This document shows, piece by piece, positions 63,606-64,000 of a DNA stretch of 64,000 nt. The stretch is from the IMG/VR virus record IMGVR_UViG_3300042542_005136, one strand, 5' to 3'. Positions within the stretch are counted from its first letter, which is position 1, and each line of letters opens with the position of its first letter. Source of the stretch: an uncultured virus (IMG/VR IMGVR_UViG_3300042542_005136) (taxonomy: Duplodnaviria > Heunggongvirae > Uroviricota > Caudoviricetes). A program made the position numbers and the translations under genes. Under the pieces are notes generated by a model, which was given only the letters and a program-made list of their open reading frames with translations, did not search any database and was not told the DNA's origin.

Positions 63606-63749
63606 ATGCGCCTGTCTCCCTTCCCTGTCTTGTTTGCTGCTCTGGCCGTTGGCATCGTTTGGGCCCATAACGACGCGCAAGCACGCTACGGGCGTTGCTT
63701 GGCCCGTCAGAGCGTGGACTACTGCCGCGTTGCGCATTGGGGGCGCTGA
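63606..63749 (+). CDS. Small secreted/membrane peptide
   Basis: Hydrophobic N-terminus; RCLARQSVDYCRVAH, similar to 58428..58592. Confidence 0.6.
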   Translation: MRLSPFPVLFAALAVGIVWAHNDAQARYGRCLARQSVDYCRVAHWGR

Positions 63750-63797
63750 TAGCCTCTCTAGCCTCAGTCCCTGCCATTCTCTCTACTCTCTAAAACC

Positions 63798-64000
63798 ATG
63801 CAAGCTACCATTAACTCTCGCGCCAAAACCCCCACTGATCTTAACGCCATTCAGAAACAATATAAAATTAATTTCAAAACTCTACTCTCCACCAATCCCA
63901 AAACCGAAAAATCTAAAGTCCAAACCTACATTCTACATCTAGCACCCGCTGATATATCAGGCGTTAACGTTTGCACAGGCGCTGGTAACTGTAAAAAGAT
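63798..64000 (+). CDS. Gp88-like phage protein, runs off the window end
   Basis: LLSTNPKTEKS...ILHLAPADISGVNVCTGAGNCKK. Confidence 0.55.
   Translation, partial: MQATINSRAKTPTDLNAIQKQYKINFKTLLSTNPKTEKSKVQTYILHLAPADISGVNVCTGAGNCKK

Overview
This 64 kb window is most of a tailed-phage (siphovirus-like) genome, very likely a cyanophage. The host inference rests on the cyanopodo/sipho-type class I ribonucleotide reductase and cyanobacterial-type promoter motifs. Gene order: nrdA/nrdB and a metallophosphoesterase; large terminase (divergent from the portal); DUF1073-type portal; a six-gene sugar-modification/glycosyltransferase block inside the head module; DUF2213 protease/scaffold, decoration protein and DUF2184-type major capsid; a lambda-like tail (chaperone with -1 frameshift, tape measure, gpM/L/K/I/J, fibre); a small-ORF array plus a tyrosine recombinase; lysis genes; thyX, dcd, exonuclease, Sak3-like annealase and primase-helicase; then an early region of small genes, many with their own promoter. 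No DNA polymerase, photosynthesis gene, CRISPR array or reverse transcriptase was seen. The strongest candidate for an undescribed system is a set of six TAG(G/T)-N7-(A/T)(C/T)TN sites, each with a different 7-bp spacer. Three lie in frame at module junctions inside the tail-fibre gene, and three lie at gene boundaries of the adjacent small-ORF array, immediately upstream of the recombinase. This suggests slot-specific cassette exchange. Other highlights: a Hint domain with a non-splicing +1 residue at the gpJ N-terminus, a second -1 frameshift in a head-region gene, several unannotated structured-RNA candidates, a constant-block/variable-block paralog family, and early promoters with RpaB(HLR1)-, LexA- and LysR-like boxes. 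All product calls come from motif recognition by eye; no searches or folding programs were run.
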